DNA of 62,683 nucleotides, filler included, from a bacterium (GTDB lineage Bacteria; JACRDZ01; JAQUKH01), in NCBI GenBank assembly GCA_028719205.1. It is 3 parts of 3 records of this genome, joined end to end, with 100 filler letters (N's around TTAATTAATTAA, not from the genome) between each part and the next. Parts side by side here need not be neighbours in the genome. Positions count along the whole stretch, not along the records: positions 1 to 27,950 come from JAQUKH010000033.1; 2 more parts are not named here. The stretch is one strand, 5' to 3'. Shown here piece by piece: positions 1-10,414 of this stretch. The notes under the pieces are model-generated. The model saw only the letters and a program-made list of their open reading frames with translations. It ran no database searches and was not told the DNA's origin. Both the position numbers and the translations under genes were made by a program. Every line of letters starts with the position of its first letter. Within the stretch, counting starts at the first letter, position 1.

Positions 1-21
1 GATTTATTTACAAATAAATTA

Positions 22-498
22 TTATCTTGAGATACACAACACTTTATATTTTATAGTTCCGGCAGGAACTTTGATCTCAACGGTATCATTTTTTTTAAGC
101 CCCAGCAAATTATTGCCTATAGGGGAAGAGATGGAAATTTTATTCTCCATAAAATCCGCCTCAAACTCTGAAACAAGGGTATATTCCAATTCCTCGCCTG
201 AATCCAGATCTTTCAGCTTAACAGTCGCGCCTATAAGCACCTCATCATTTGAGATATTTGATTCATCAAGTATTTGCGCGCGCCGGAACTTATCCTGCAG
301 CTCGGAAATTCTATGTTCATTAAAGGCCTGCGCTTCTTTTGCCGCGTCATATTCAGCGTTTTCACTTATGTCTCCATGGTCCCGGGCCACACCAATCGCT
401 TTAGAAAGCTCTCTGCGTTTAATAGTCTGGCAATATTGCAGTTCAGCCCTTAATTTTTCATAACCGTCTTTACTCATATAAATTTTTGCGTTACTCAT
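22..498 (-). CDS. greA: Transcription elongation factor GreA
   Basis: HGDISENAEYDAAKE motif, C-terminal ISISSPIG..L.G..V.IKVPAG; 158 aa. Confidence 0.96.
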   Translation of the reverse strand: MSNAKIYMSKDGYEKLRAELQYCQTIKRRELSKAIGVARDHGDISENAEYDAAKEAQAFNEHRISELQDKFRRAQILDESNISNDEVLIGATVKLKDLDSGEELEYTLVSEFEADFMENKISISSPIGNNLLGLKKNDTVEIKVPAGTIKYKVLCISR

Positions 499-592
499 CT
501 TTACTCCCTCTGATTAAGATCTTATTTGTTGAATCAAAAGCAAATATGATACCATATTTTGTTTGTCTTTCAAATATTTTTTTAATCATTTT

Positions 593-949
593 TCAGATCC
601 CCATATTTGACAGGATCCTGGCAATAGCATTTACTGTTTCCGTTAATTCAGGATGCGAAACCTCCAGCCCTTCAATAGACGATACCAACCCGTCTAATGA
701 AGCTTTTATAAGATTCGGATTTTTTTCTTTTTTTGTCGCCTCGTGAGCGCTTATTTCAGTAAAATGCGCTATGCTTTGCGCGTCATCTTTGCGGCTTTCA
801 TTAAGGATTGAAACTTCCGCTTTCAGGTCATACAAAAGCCTGAGTAATTCTTTTCTGTTTTCTTCATTAATAGTTTCAGCCCCTTTTATTTTTTCCTCTA
901 TCTTTGAAATCGTAGAATCTATCATATTACCATCCTTCCTTTCGTTCAT
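593..949 (-). CDS. DUF4404-like small helical protein (start may be ATG at 925)
   Basis: C-terminal LEVSHPELTETVNAIARILSNMGI resembles DUF4404; GGAAGGA precedes ATG 925. Confidence 0.7.
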   Translation of the reverse strand: MNERKDGNMIDSTISKIEEKIKGAETINEENRKELLRLLYDLKAEVSILNESRKDDAQSIAHFTEISAHEATKKEKNPNLIKASLDGLVSSIEGLEVSHPELTETVNAIARILSNMGI

Positions 950-971
950 TAAAACTGTTAAACATCTTAAG

Positions 972-3932
972 CTATGCCTTCGGAAGACTTACTACAACCG
1001 TAGCCCCTTTCCGCAAACCTTCTGAATAAATACTAATTTTCCCATGATACATTTCAACCAGCTCTTTACAAATTGAAAGCCCCAAGCCTGTCCCGTCAGT
1101 CGCGGCATGGTGTTTATAAAATTTATCAAATACCCTGTTTATATCTCTCGCTGATATACCGCAGCCGGTATCTTTAACCTTTATATCGATCATTTTACCC
1201 CTAAGTATACTGATTACAGAAATTTTACCTTTATAAGTAAACTTTATCGCGTTATCCAAAAGATTATTCAATAAGATCCTCAGGTCATTATTGTTAATTT
1301 TAATTTTATCCGCGTTTGGCGGTATAAGTATACTTAATTTCAGATCTTTTGATTTCAAACAGGATTTTATATTTTTCACAGCGTCTTTCATTGTTGTTTT
1401 CAAAGATGCCTTCTTTATCACCCTTTTACTTTTAATCAAGGCCTCTTTTTTCATTTCCATCGAAAATTCATTTAAGATACCATTTATATCCCTGCGCACT
1501 TTTTTGATATTATCTTCCGCTATCCGTTTAGCCTTAATCAGGCTTTCTTTATCTCCTGACTCCATACTATTCTGGATTATTCCCAAAGACATCTCTATCA
1601 TCGAAACCGGAGTTTTTAAACCATGAGAAAGGTCCCGTATCAAATTTTTCTTTGCCTTTTCCACTTTTTTATACTCGCTGATATCCTCAGATATTTCAAT
1701 AAAAGCTTTTGCCTCATTATTTGGATCCAAAACAGGAAAGGTATGTATAATAACCGGCACACGGCTGCCGTCATAGGATAAATATTCTGATTCCGCTTTA
1801 ACTACTTTTTTCGAAGCCATAGTTTTTGTCCCGGGGCAATCAGGACAAACTGAATCGCCATTCGCGCAAATCTTATAACAGAGCATACCTTCCGCCTTCT
1901 CTTTCGGGATACCGGTCCTTCTACAAAATTCACTATTTACCATTACAATTTTATAGTTTTTATCGATCAGGGTTATTCCAAGATTAATATTTTCTATTAA
2001 AGTCCTGTAACGTTCTTCGCTTTCAACAAGGATCTTTTCCATTCTTTTGCGTTCAGTAATATCCCTTATGATCGCCATACTTGCGGGTTTGCCCTCATAT
2101 TCAATTTGATTGGCATTTATCTCAACCAGCGTTTTTCTGCCTCCTTTGGCTAAGATCGCTATCTCATATATATTGGGGATATCATAACCCTTTAGTCTTT
2201 TTCCGTATCTTTCTATCACAATCTTCTTATATTCCGGGGATACATAATTTATAAATGGTTTTCCGATCAATTCCTCTCTTTTAAACCCTGTCATTCTGCA
2301 AACTATTGAATTTAAATATTTGAGAATATTATCCTGCATAATTATTATGCCGTCATTCCCTTTTTCAACCAGATTTGAATACTTCTTTTCGGAAGCTTTC
2401 AGCCTTTCCTCATTTTTCTTGCGCTCGGTAATATCCCTGAAGGACCATACACGCCCGGGAATATTCTTTTCCATCATTAGCGGGGAGGAAAAACGTTCAA
2501 AGATCCGGCCGTCTTTGAAATAAAGCGTGTCCATATCCTCCTTGTCCGTACCATAAAGAAACTTTACCTTCTTAAGAAACGCGTCCGGATCTATCAACTG
2601 TTTCAACACAAAACCCAATAACACATTATCATCTTTGGATTTCATAATAGATTTTGGGATCCTCCAAAGATTTATGAACCGCTGATTCGCGTTAATTACT
2701 TTACCTTTATTGTCAACTGCCAGTATCCCGTCAGCAGTAGATTCCAATACGGCTTGCAACTTAATTTCAATTTGACGAAGATCTTTCTCAGCCTTCTTGC
2801 GTTCGGTAATGTCTTCGATAATGCCTTCTACGCGTATCAGACTGCCATCAAAATCCCTAACTGGTATTACATTAAGATTACCGATAAATGAACTGCCATC
2901 TTTGCGGCGGTAAACATTCTCGAAGGTTCTCAAATCAGGATTTTCTTCCATCAGTTGAAGGATCTCTGTCCGGCGGTTAGGGTCAACAAATAAATCGGCG
3001 GCAACGTTCCTTATGTTCTTAATGACATCCTCGGGTGAGTCGTAGCCGAACATGCGGGCAAACGCGTAATTAACTGAAAGTGCTTTCCCTTCCGGTGTAG
3101 ACTGAAAGATCCCCAGAATCGCATTATCAAATAATCGCCGGTATTTTTCTTCGCTTTCAAAAAGAACCTTTTCTGCCAGCTTGCGTTCAGTAATATCCTG
3201 CACCGTTCCATAAAGACGGACTATACGGCCGGATTTATCCTTTAAGGCTCTACCCTTTGCATTTGTAGTAATTATCTTCCCGTCAGGACGCACCACATCC
3301 AATTCCAGTTCATAAGACGTACCATTAGTAACTGCCACTTGCACAGCTTGCGACAGAAGTCTCCAGCTCTTTTTTGTGTAGCAGGAAGCAAGGCCCCCGG
3401 CATATGTGGGAGGAGGCAATTGCGTATCCCGTCCGACAATTTCATAAAGCTCTTTAGACCATCGCACTTCATCGGTTGCCACGATCCATGACCAACTTCC
3501 AATATGGGCAATTTGCTGGGCTTCATTCAACAATCTCCCGCTTTCCATCAGTGTCTCTTCAGCAAACTTGCGCCCGGTAATATCGTGAATCACCGAAAAC
3601 AAATATGTTTTATTTCTCACAACTATTGGAGTAGTGTGCACCTCAACAGTCCTGAACTCCCCGTTTGCCAAAAGGTGCGGCACTATAAAATATTTTCTCT
3701 CTTCCTTCACGGCCCTTTGCCGTTCAGCGTCAAGCTCTTCAGGCGGAAGCTTGTTAATATCCCCTATCTTCATTGATTTTATCTGCTGTAAGGAATAGCC
3801 GTAAAAACGCAGAGCCGCATCATTGGCATCTATCAGCTGGCCGGTCTCACCGTTCATAAGTAAAAAGACAGCGTCATGCTTTCTGAAAAAGCTCTCAAAA
3901 CTATCTGAGATCATATCAGGACTTTGATCCAT
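972..3932 (-). CDS. Cytoplasmic multi-PAS sensor histidine kinase
   Basis: About six PAS/PAC units ending DIT/DIS, H-box DLSHGLKTP, NLLDNAIKF, DTGCGI, GTGLGLSIC; no TM segment. Confidence 0.92.
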   Translation of the reverse strand: MDQSPDMISDSFESFFRKHDAVFLLMNGETGQLIDANDAALRFYGYSLQQIKSMKIGDINKLPPEELDAERQRAVKEERKYFIVPHLLANGEFRTVEVHTTPIVVRNKTYLFSVIHDITGRKFAEETLMESGRLLNEAQQIAHIGSWSWIVATDEVRWSKELYEIVGRDTQLPPPTYAGGLASCYTKKSWRLLSQAVQVAVTNGTSYELELDVVRPDGKIITTNAKGRALKDKSGRIVRLYGTVQDITERKLAEKVLFESEEKYRRLFDNAILGIFQSTPEGKALSVNYAFARMFGYDSPEDVIKNIRNVAADLFVDPNRRTEILQLMEENPDLRTFENVYRRKDGSSFIGNLNVIPVRDFDGSLIRVEGIIEDITERKKAEKDLRQIEIKLQAVLESTADGILAVDNKGKVINANQRFINLWRIPKSIMKSKDDNVLLGFVLKQLIDPDAFLKKVKFLYGTDKEDMDTLYFKDGRIFERFSSPLMMEKNIPGRVWSFRDITERKKNEERLKASEKKYSNLVEKGNDGIIIMQDNILKYLNSIVCRMTGFKREELIGKPFINYVSPEYKKIVIERYGKRLKGYDIPNIYEIAILAKGGRKTLVEINANQIEYEGKPASMAIIRDITERKRMEKILVESEERYRTLIENINLGITLIDKNYKIVMVNSEFCRRTGIPKEKAEGMLCYKICANGDSVCPDCPGTKTMASKKVVKAESEYLSYDGSRVPVIIHTFPVLDPNNEAKAFIEISEDISEYKKVEKAKKNLIRDLSHGLKTPVSMIEMSLGIIQNSMESGDKESLIKAKRIAEDNIKKVRRDINGILNEFSMEMKKEALIKSKRVIKKASLKTTMKDAVKNIKSCLKSKDLKLSILIPPNADKIKINNNDLRILLNNLLDNAIKFTYKGKISVISILRGKMIDIKVKDTGCGISARDINRVFDKFYKHHAATDGTGLGLSICKELVEMYHGKISIYSEGLRKGATVVVSLPKA

Positions 3933-4095
3933 AAGAATTTAGAAACTCCTTTTTTCTTAATTTTGCTTATCTGTAAATTTTACTACTAATATTTTATATG
4001 TCAAACGCTAAATTTTTGATAATTATCTTGTTTTTTGTTGAAAACAACTGTATAATATGGGCTCTTTTTTTGTTTACATTTTGTGAAGGGATAAA

Positions 4096-5925
4096 ATGAT
4101 AAAAGTTGTAAATGTATCTAAAACTTATGGGAAGCAGGTTTTATTTGAGAACCTGACTTTTAATGTCAACAGCCGTGAAAAGATCGGCCTGGTCGGCAGG
4201 AACGGATTTGGAAAATCAACCATATTCCAGATGATCATTGGAAATAATGAGCCTGATACCGGTGATATTCTGATCCCGAAACATTATAAAATAGGTTACC
4301 TTGAACAGCATATAAAATTCACACAGCCGACTATTCTTCAGGAAGGATGTCTTGGGCTTCCGGAGAATGAACAGCATGATGAATGGAAGGTTAAAAAAAT
4401 ACTTACAGGGCTGGGATTTACTGAAGACGATATGTATAAAGACCCCTCCACCTTTTCAGGCGGGTATCAAATCAGGTTAAACCTCACTAAAGTACTCGTA
4501 TCCAAACCTAACCTGCTTCTTTTGGATGAACCTAATAATTATCTTGATATCGTCGCCATCAGATGGCTCGAAGGATTTTTAAAATCGTGGGACGGTGAAA
4601 TAATACTTATTACGCACGACAGAAATTTTATGGATTCTATTTCGACTCATACCTTGATGATCCACCGCCAGAAGGCCCGGAAGGTAGCCGGCGACACTGA
4701 AAAGCTCTATAATCAGATCGCTCAGGAAGAAACCATACACGAAAAAACCCGCATGAATGACCAGAAAAAGAGGGATCAGACTGAACTTTTTATCCGCAGG
4801 TTCAAGGCAAAGGCAAGTTTTGGAAGCCTTGTGCAGTCAAGGATAAAATCGCTTGAAAGACAGGTAAAACTGGAAAAACTGGACAAGGTCGCGACGCTGG
4901 AATTTTCATTCAATTCCGCTCCTTTCCTCGCGGCATCAATGATGTCTTTGAAAAATATAAATTTCTCATACGGCAAAGATGAACCAAACCTCATCAATGA
5001 TTTTTCATTACATATCGGAAAAAATGACAGGATCTGCATTATCGGAAAGAACGGAAAAGGCAAATCTACATTAATGAGAATAATGGCGGGCAAACTTCCC
5101 CCCACGTCAGGAAGTATAACAACACATCCCTCCCTTAAAATAGGTTACTACGCCCAGACAAATGTGGCTGAATTAAATGAACATAAAATGGTTTATGAAG
5201 AAATAATGAGCGCGAATCCGAAATGCCTTCCTGAACAGGCGCGTACTATCAGCGGAACGCTTATGTTCAGCGGAGACATGGCTTTAAAGAAAGTGTCCGT
5301 GCTCTCAGGCGGTGAAAAAAGCAGGGTATTGCTCGGAAAGATCCTCGTGCAGGAATCGCATTTACTCCTTCTGGATGAACCTACGAACCATCTCGACATG
5401 GAATCCTGTGAATCACTGCTTGACGCTGTAAATGAATTTGACGGCTCTATTGTTATGGTTACACATGATGAAATGTACCTTCATACGATCGCGACACGCC
5501 TTGTAATTTTCGACAGAGATAAGATCACGCTTTTTGAAGGAACATATCAGGATTTCCTTGATAATATAGGATGGGAAGATGACGCGAAAACATCAGAAGT
5601 CAGTTTGAAATCCGTAAAAAAAGACAGATCTGCCGACACGAAAACAGAAAAAAGATTAAAAGCGGAACTCTTGCAGGAAAAATCAAGAACCTTAAAACCT
5701 ATGGAAACAGAAATAAAAAAACTTGAAAACGAAATAATGGCCCTCGAAGCGGAAAAGATGAAAAATATTGAATTACTGGCAAAAGCTTCCGCGGATCGTA
5801 ATATCCCGTTACTGACAGAACTATCTCAGAGGAATAGCCTTGTAGGAACACAAATAGAATCACTCTTCTCTAAACTTGAAGTTGTTTCAAATAAATACGC
5901 GATAGAATCCAAGAAATTTAATTGA
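4096..5925 (+). CDS. ABC-F family ATPase
   Basis: Two NBDs ([32 protein letters not shown] twice), no TM, C-terminal coiled coil. Confidence 0.93.
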   Translation: MIKVVNVSKTYGKQVLFENLTFNVNSREKIGLVGRNGFGKSTIFQMIIGNNEPDTGDILIPKHYKIGYLEQHIKFTQPTILQEGCLGLPENEQHDEWKVKKILTGLGFTEDDMYKDPSTFSGGYQIRLNLTKVLVSKPNLLLLDEPNNYLDIVAIRWLEGFLKSWDGEIILITHDRNFMDSISTHTLMIHRQKARKVAGDTEKLYNQIAQEETIHEKTRMNDQKKRDQTELFIRRFKAKASFGSLVQSRIKSLERQVKLEKLDKVATLEFSFNSAPFLAASMMSLKNINFSYGKDEPNLINDFSLHIGKNDRICIIGKNGKGKSTLMRIMAGKLPPTSGSITTHPSLKIGYYAQTNVAELNEHKMVYEEIMSANPKCLPEQARTISGTLMFSGDMALKKVSVLSGGEKSRVLLGKILVQESHLLLLDEPTNHLDMESCESLLDAVNEFDGSIVMVTHDEMYLHTIATRLVIFDRDKITLFEGTYQDFLDNIGWEDDAKTSEVSLKSVKKDRSADTKTEKRLKAELLQEKSRTLKPMETEIKKLENEIMALEAEKMKNIELLAKASADRNIPLLTELSQRNSLVGTQIESLFSKLEVVSNKYAIESKKFN

Positions 5926-5931
5926 AAGGGT

Positions 5932-6309
5932 TCAAAATTTTGCCCCCCTGTTCAATACTTCCTTTACCTTTTCAACCACTTCTTTTGACTTGAAAGGAAG
6001 GCTTATATAACCATCTGCACCGGTATCCTGTACAATTTTTATCAGGCGGTTTTTTTCGATCGCGGAAACAAAAATTATCGGGATTTTCTTGAAATCCACA
6101 TCATTTTTTAATATATTGTAAACTTCGGCTCCGTTAATATCGGGCAGGTTATAATCTAATAAAATAAGCTGGTATTGATTGCTCTTTGCCTTGTTAACTC
6201 CATCCTTGCCTGTCTCTACGCACTCCACTGAATAACCGGCTTCACTGAGCCTTATTTCAAATACCATATTTAACGAAGAATTGTCTTCAATTACTAATAT
6301 TTTTTCCAT
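5932..6309 (-). CDS. Single-domain response regulator, atypical (Lys of KPF replaced)
   Basis: ILVIEDN, ILLDYNLPD, FVSA, GADGYISLPF. Confidence 0.88.
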   Translation of the reverse strand: MEKILVIEDNSSLNMVFEIRLSEAGYSVECVETGKDGVNKAKSNQYQLILLDYNLPDINGAEVYNILKNDVDFKKIPIIFVSAIEKNRLIKIVQDTGADGYISLPFKSKEVVEKVKEVLNRGAKF

Positions 6310-6323
6310 ATCCGGCCTCCCCG

Positions 6324-7226
6324 CTATTCAAGCATTTCTTTCACAAGCTTATCAATATCACATTGCGACAATGTGGAACCGCTTTCCGGTTTCAAAGATC
6401 CTGTTTCCGGCCGCCTGTAAACGCGGAGACGGTTATCCACAGTTTCAAAAACATCCGCAGCGGACCCTACAAGAGACTCGACCATTCCAAGGACCAAAAA
6501 ACCGCCGGGATTAAGACATTCATAAAGTTTAAGCAATACTTCCTCCTGCAGTTGTTTATTAAAATAGATCAAAAGGTTTCTGCAAAGAATTATATCGCAT
6601 AGCAGGAAAGGCGTATCAGTTATAATATTGTTGTACCTGAATTTTACTAAATTTCTTACATAGCTTTTTAATTTGTATTCATCTTCGCCTATTTTTTCAA
6701 AATATTCATCTAAAAGTTTTTTGCTGACCGCTTTTAATCTGTTTTTGGAATAAACCATATTCTTAGCCTCTTCTAAAGCATCTCTGTCAATATCCGTTCC
6801 GACTATATTCAATAAAAATTTTTTTCTCGCGTCACCCAATTTCTCAAGCAGAAGGATTGCCAGTGAATACGGCTCGTCTCCGCTTGAACACCCGCAGCTT
6901 AACGCGCGAATGATCTTGTGCTGATTAATACTTTTGGAAAATATTACCCGGGGAATTACTATTTTATCTATCGCGTTAAAACTTTCCGGATTCCTGAAAA
7001 ATTCCGTTACATTTATTGTTAAGGCATTGATCAACTCTTTATACTCTGCCGGATTAGTTTGTAATATTTTTATATAATCATCATATGAATCCGTTTTATA
7101 CCTGTCCATACGCGTGTTTATTCTTCTTAAAATAGAGGTTTCCCTATACTGGCTAAAATCAAGCCCTTTTTCATCATGCAGTTTTGTCAGTAAACGCATT
7201 ATCGCGGGATTATCTATTATTTTCAT
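6324..7226 (-). CDS. cheR: CheR-type methyltransferase (second copy) with C-terminal LSQxDIDxL peptide
   Basis: [42 protein letters not shown]. Confidence 0.92.
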   Translation of the reverse strand: MKIIDNPAIMRLLTKLHDEKGLDFSQYRETSILRRINTRMDRYKTDSYDDYIKILQTNPAEYKELINALTINVTEFFRNPESFNAIDKIVIPRVIFSKSINQHKIIRALSCGCSSGDEPYSLAILLLEKLGDARKKFLLNIVGTDIDRDALEEAKNMVYSKNRLKAVSKKLLDEYFEKIGEDEYKLKSYVRNLVKFRYNNIITDTPFLLCDIILCRNLLIYFNKQLQEEVLLKLYECLNPGGFLVLGMVESLVGSAADVFETVDNRLRVYRRPETGSLKPESGSTLSQCDIDKLVKEMLE

Positions 7227-9150
7227 TTTTTAGTTTATTTAATAACTCCTCGGCGGCAGTGCCATCCTGAGGGTATGCTTTTATTTTATAATCAAACTTT
7301 ATTTTTGACGAGTCCATGATCCTTTCAGCAAGCTTAATGCCGTTTTCTCCGCTGCTTTCCGCTATGATGATAATAGCTCTATTATGATAAACCAACACAA
7401 GATCATCTTTCCTTCTCATACTGTTTTTACACTGCTTTTCCAGATAGTCAATGTGGCTTTTATTTTCCTCTGTTAATTCCTTTCCATAGCCCGGATCAAT
7501 TAATATTAAAGAAAGATCTGTCCCTTCTTTTTTAACTCTGTCTATTTCCTGCTGGATCAGATCAATGTATGCTGAATTTTCATTAAATATCGGAATTGTA
7601 AACAAAAAAGCCGAGCCCTTTCCCAATTCTGACTCGATCCAGATCTTCCCTCCGTGTTTTTCAACAAGTTCCCTTGATATTACCAATCCTAATCCGGTAC
7701 CACCTGATCTATGTTTGGATCCCGCTTCCAATTGACTAAATTTTTTAAAAAGCTTTTTCTGGTCTTCATCTGAAATACCCAAGCCTGTGTCTTTGACAGA
7801 AATTACCACAAAATTTCCTGAAATATTACAGTTCACAATAATATTCCCACCGGGGGGAGTGAACTTCATCGAATTTCCGATCAAATTCGTAAGTATTTGT
7901 ATTATCTTATCGGGATCAGCAAAAATAGAAGGCAGACCATCGGGAATATTATTTATTATTCCTATCTTGCTATTTCTAGCTAAAAGTTCAAAACTTGCCA
8001 TTACCTGATTAACGATTTGCGAGATCATAACCGGAGCGCGTTTTAACTTGATCTTTCCTGACTCGATCTTTGACAGGTTCAAAAGGTCATTTACGATCCG
8101 TGCTAATCTGTCCGAGTCGTTAATCGCCGTGTTAAGGCACTTGATCTGTTTTTCGTTTACCGGCCCCACAGCGCCATCCATAATAATTGAAATTATCTCC
8201 CTTATAGAGGTCAAAGGCGTCCTTAGTTCATGGCTTACAGCATTCACGAAGTCGGATTTCATCTGTTCAATTTCTTTTTCTCTTGTAATATCAGTAAGAA
8301 GTGTCGCCCTTCCCATAAATATATTATCGGGGCCGAATATCGGGGTAGATCCTATATGAACTATTCTCTTTTTGGGTGCTCCGATATTAATGATCTTCTC
8401 ATTGTATTCATTTTTATTCGCTTCCAGCGACAAATCTTTCAGCATAACATCTATCGCAAATTTATTTTCCAGATTTCTGTGTAAATCAAGCATATTTAAA
8501 GCGGCATCATTGATAGTAATAATATTTTCCCAGTTATCCGTTATTATCAGGCCTTCTTTCATCCCGCCGACGATCGCTTCTATTCTTCTTTTTTCCTCTT
8601 CAACTTTCTTCTTTTCCCTTTCCAATAAATGTGATTGTTCTATAACCATATTCCGGTCCAGTAAACTGCGTAATCCCAAAGCAAGCTGGTTACAAAATAT
8701 TTCCAGAATATTCAACTTGAACCTTACAAAAGCATCTTTATGAGAACTGCCGACAGTTATATATCCAAGCGTTTTGTCTTTTACTTCTAACGGAAAAATA
8801 TAAAAAGAATTGAGAGACTTCAAAGATCCTTTTCTATTATCTATCGGGTCTTCCTCGATATATGTATTCAATTCCTGCCAGACTATTGAATTTGAATTTG
8901 CCCATTTCCGGATCTCCTGCTTAACTTTTTCTTTAAAAAGATCAAAAACAGGACTATTTAAATCTATAACTGAACTATAATTTATTAAAGCATGATCACT
9001 ATAAACCAATGCTAACGAGCAAAATTCACAATTCACTAAAAAGGGTATATTAATAATTGCCCATTTGATCAAAGGTTCCGGGCCATCCAGTGATAAGGCA
9101 AGATTATTTATTTCATTTAATACATCAGTTACTACTCTTTCCTTCTGCAT
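7210..9150 (-). CDS. GAF-PAS histidine kinase with C-terminal degenerate GGDEF domain (start taken at ATG 9150; ORF open to 9171)
   Basis: [32 protein letters not shown]; tail LSLILID...[15 protein letters not shown]...YPQDG. Confidence 0.9.
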   Translation of the reverse strand: MQKERVVTDVLNEINNLALSLDGPEPLIKWAIINIPFLVNCEFCSLALVYSDHALINYSSVIDLNSPVFDLFKEKVKQEIRKWANSNSIVWQELNTYIEEDPIDNRKGSLKSLNSFYIFPLEVKDKTLGYITVGSSHKDAFVRFKLNILEIFCNQLALGLRSLLDRNMVIEQSHLLEREKKKVEEEKRRIEAIVGGMKEGLIITDNWENIITINDAALNMLDLHRNLENKFAIDVMLKDLSLEANKNEYNEKIINIGAPKKRIVHIGSTPIFGPDNIFMGRATLLTDITREKEIEQMKSDFVNAVSHELRTPLTSIREIISIIMDGAVGPVNEKQIKCLNTAINDSDRLARIVNDLLNLSKIESGKIKLKRAPVMISQIVNQVMASFELLARNSKIGIINNIPDGLPSIFADPDKIIQILTNLIGNSMKFTPPGGNIIVNCNISGNFVVISVKDTGLGISDEDQKKLFKKFSQLEAGSKHRSGGTGLGLVISRELVEKHGGKIWIESELGKGSAFLFTIPIFNENSAYIDLIQQEIDRVKKEGTDLSLILIDPGYGKELTEENKSHIDYLEKQCKNSMRRKDDLVLVYHNRAIIIIAESSGENGIKLAERIMDSSKIKFDYKIKAYPQDGTAAEELLNKLKNENNR

Positions 9151-9757
9151 TTGTACCAACCCCCATTGCATTTAATATTTTCCCCAAAGACAACATATCC
9201 GGTATAAAAAAGAAATTAGCTAATATCTTTTCATCAACAACAGTAAACTCTGTTTCAACAAGGATAACATGATCCGCTTCCTTGCTTGTTTCGATCAGTA
9301 TATTGTCAATTATCGCGCCGGCCATATCTTCAGCTAAAGCAGGCGATGATACCAAAAACTTCATTTTCAAAAGTTTGGCCATGGCGCTCAGATAAGCACC
9401 TGAAATTATTGTCATTGTTTCTTTTAAGGCGGATTGTTCCATATCACTTAAAACATTGGTTTGTTTAACCCGGCCCAGCAATAAACCCACTAATTTGCAG
9501 GCATCTTTCTTAAAAAAAGGAAACAGGATCACACCTGTGGCGTCACCCAGCAGTTGTAAATATATTGCTATTACAAGCGCCTCAGCATCGCCAAAAAGCT
9601 CAACTGCCTTTTCAATAGTGGAAAAATTTACCTTAGGAACCTCAATATTGATCTTTTTATTCAGCATCTGCGATAAAGCGGTAGCGGCATTACCCGCGCC
9701 TATGCTGACTATTTCTCTTAAAGCATCTTTTTGATCCTGATTCAACTCATTTTCCAT
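9125..9757 (-). CDS. cheC: CheC-family protein with both E-x2-N sites altered
   Basis: [40 protein letters not shown]. Confidence 0.88.
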   Translation of the reverse strand: MENELNQDQKDALREIVSIGAGNAATALSQMLNKKINIEVPKVNFSTIEKAVELFGDAEALVIAIYLQLLGDATGVILFPFFKKDACKLVGLLLGRVKQTNVLSDMEQSALKETMTIISGAYLSAMAKLLKMKFLVSSPALAEDMAGAIIDNILIETSKEADHVILVETEFTVVDEKILANFFFIPDMLSLGKILNAMGVGTNAEGKSSN

Positions 9758-9782
9758 GGCAGATCTCCTTTAGCCTTAATAA

Positions 9783-10394
9783 TTAAACACCCAAAGCACT
9801 GATAATTTTTTTAATTGCATCTCCAATCGGAATAAAAACTAAAAAGCCCTCTACTTTTGTAGCGGCTTCAGTAAATTCGGTTTTTATACAAAGAACATCC
9901 TCTATATCTTCTTTACTGATCCCGTTTTTATTAAGAAACTTTTCTGAAAGCCCGATCTTCCCAATATTGTAATCAGGGGTAGATACTATCAGGGAAAGCC
10001 TTGTCATTTCACCTACCGCGTTTAAATATGACGCGGCCACGATATTTCCGATCTCTCTCAGCGCCGATTGCTGAAATTCATCTGTAAGTTTTGAAATTAT
10101 CTTAGGTTTTCCCATTACAATATCGCATAACATTGCCGCGCCATCTTCCTGTATCGCGAAAATTATTATTCCTTTCACACTGCCCAATACCAATAAGCTT
10201 ATCTGTATAATTTCTTTTTGCGTGCCATTAAGAAACGTGTCAAGCCGCGACAGTTCAATAATATGAACAGAAGGAACAGCGATCATGATCTTTTTGCCCA
10301 GGAGTTGTGAGAGCGCGATCGCGGAATGTCCTGAACCGATATTCCCTGCCTCCTGCAAAGCACTTCTTTGCATTTCAGTTATTTTTATAGCCAT
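9783..10394 (-). CDS. cheC: CheC CheY-P phosphatase
   Basis: SALQEAGNIGSGH and SALREIGNIVAASYL, both E-x2-N intact. Confidence 0.92.
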   Translation of the reverse strand: MAIKITEMQRSALQEAGNIGSGHSAIALSQLLGKKIMIAVPSVHIIELSRLDTFLNGTQKEIIQISLLVLGSVKGIIIFAIQEDGAAMLCDIVMGKPKIISKLTDEFQQSALREIGNIVAASYLNAVGEMTRLSLIVSTPDYNIGKIGLSEKFLNKNGISKEDIEDVLCIKTEFTEAATKVEGFLVFIPIGDAIKKIISALGV

Positions 10395-10414
10395 ATTTAA
10401 CTCCTTTTTAATAA

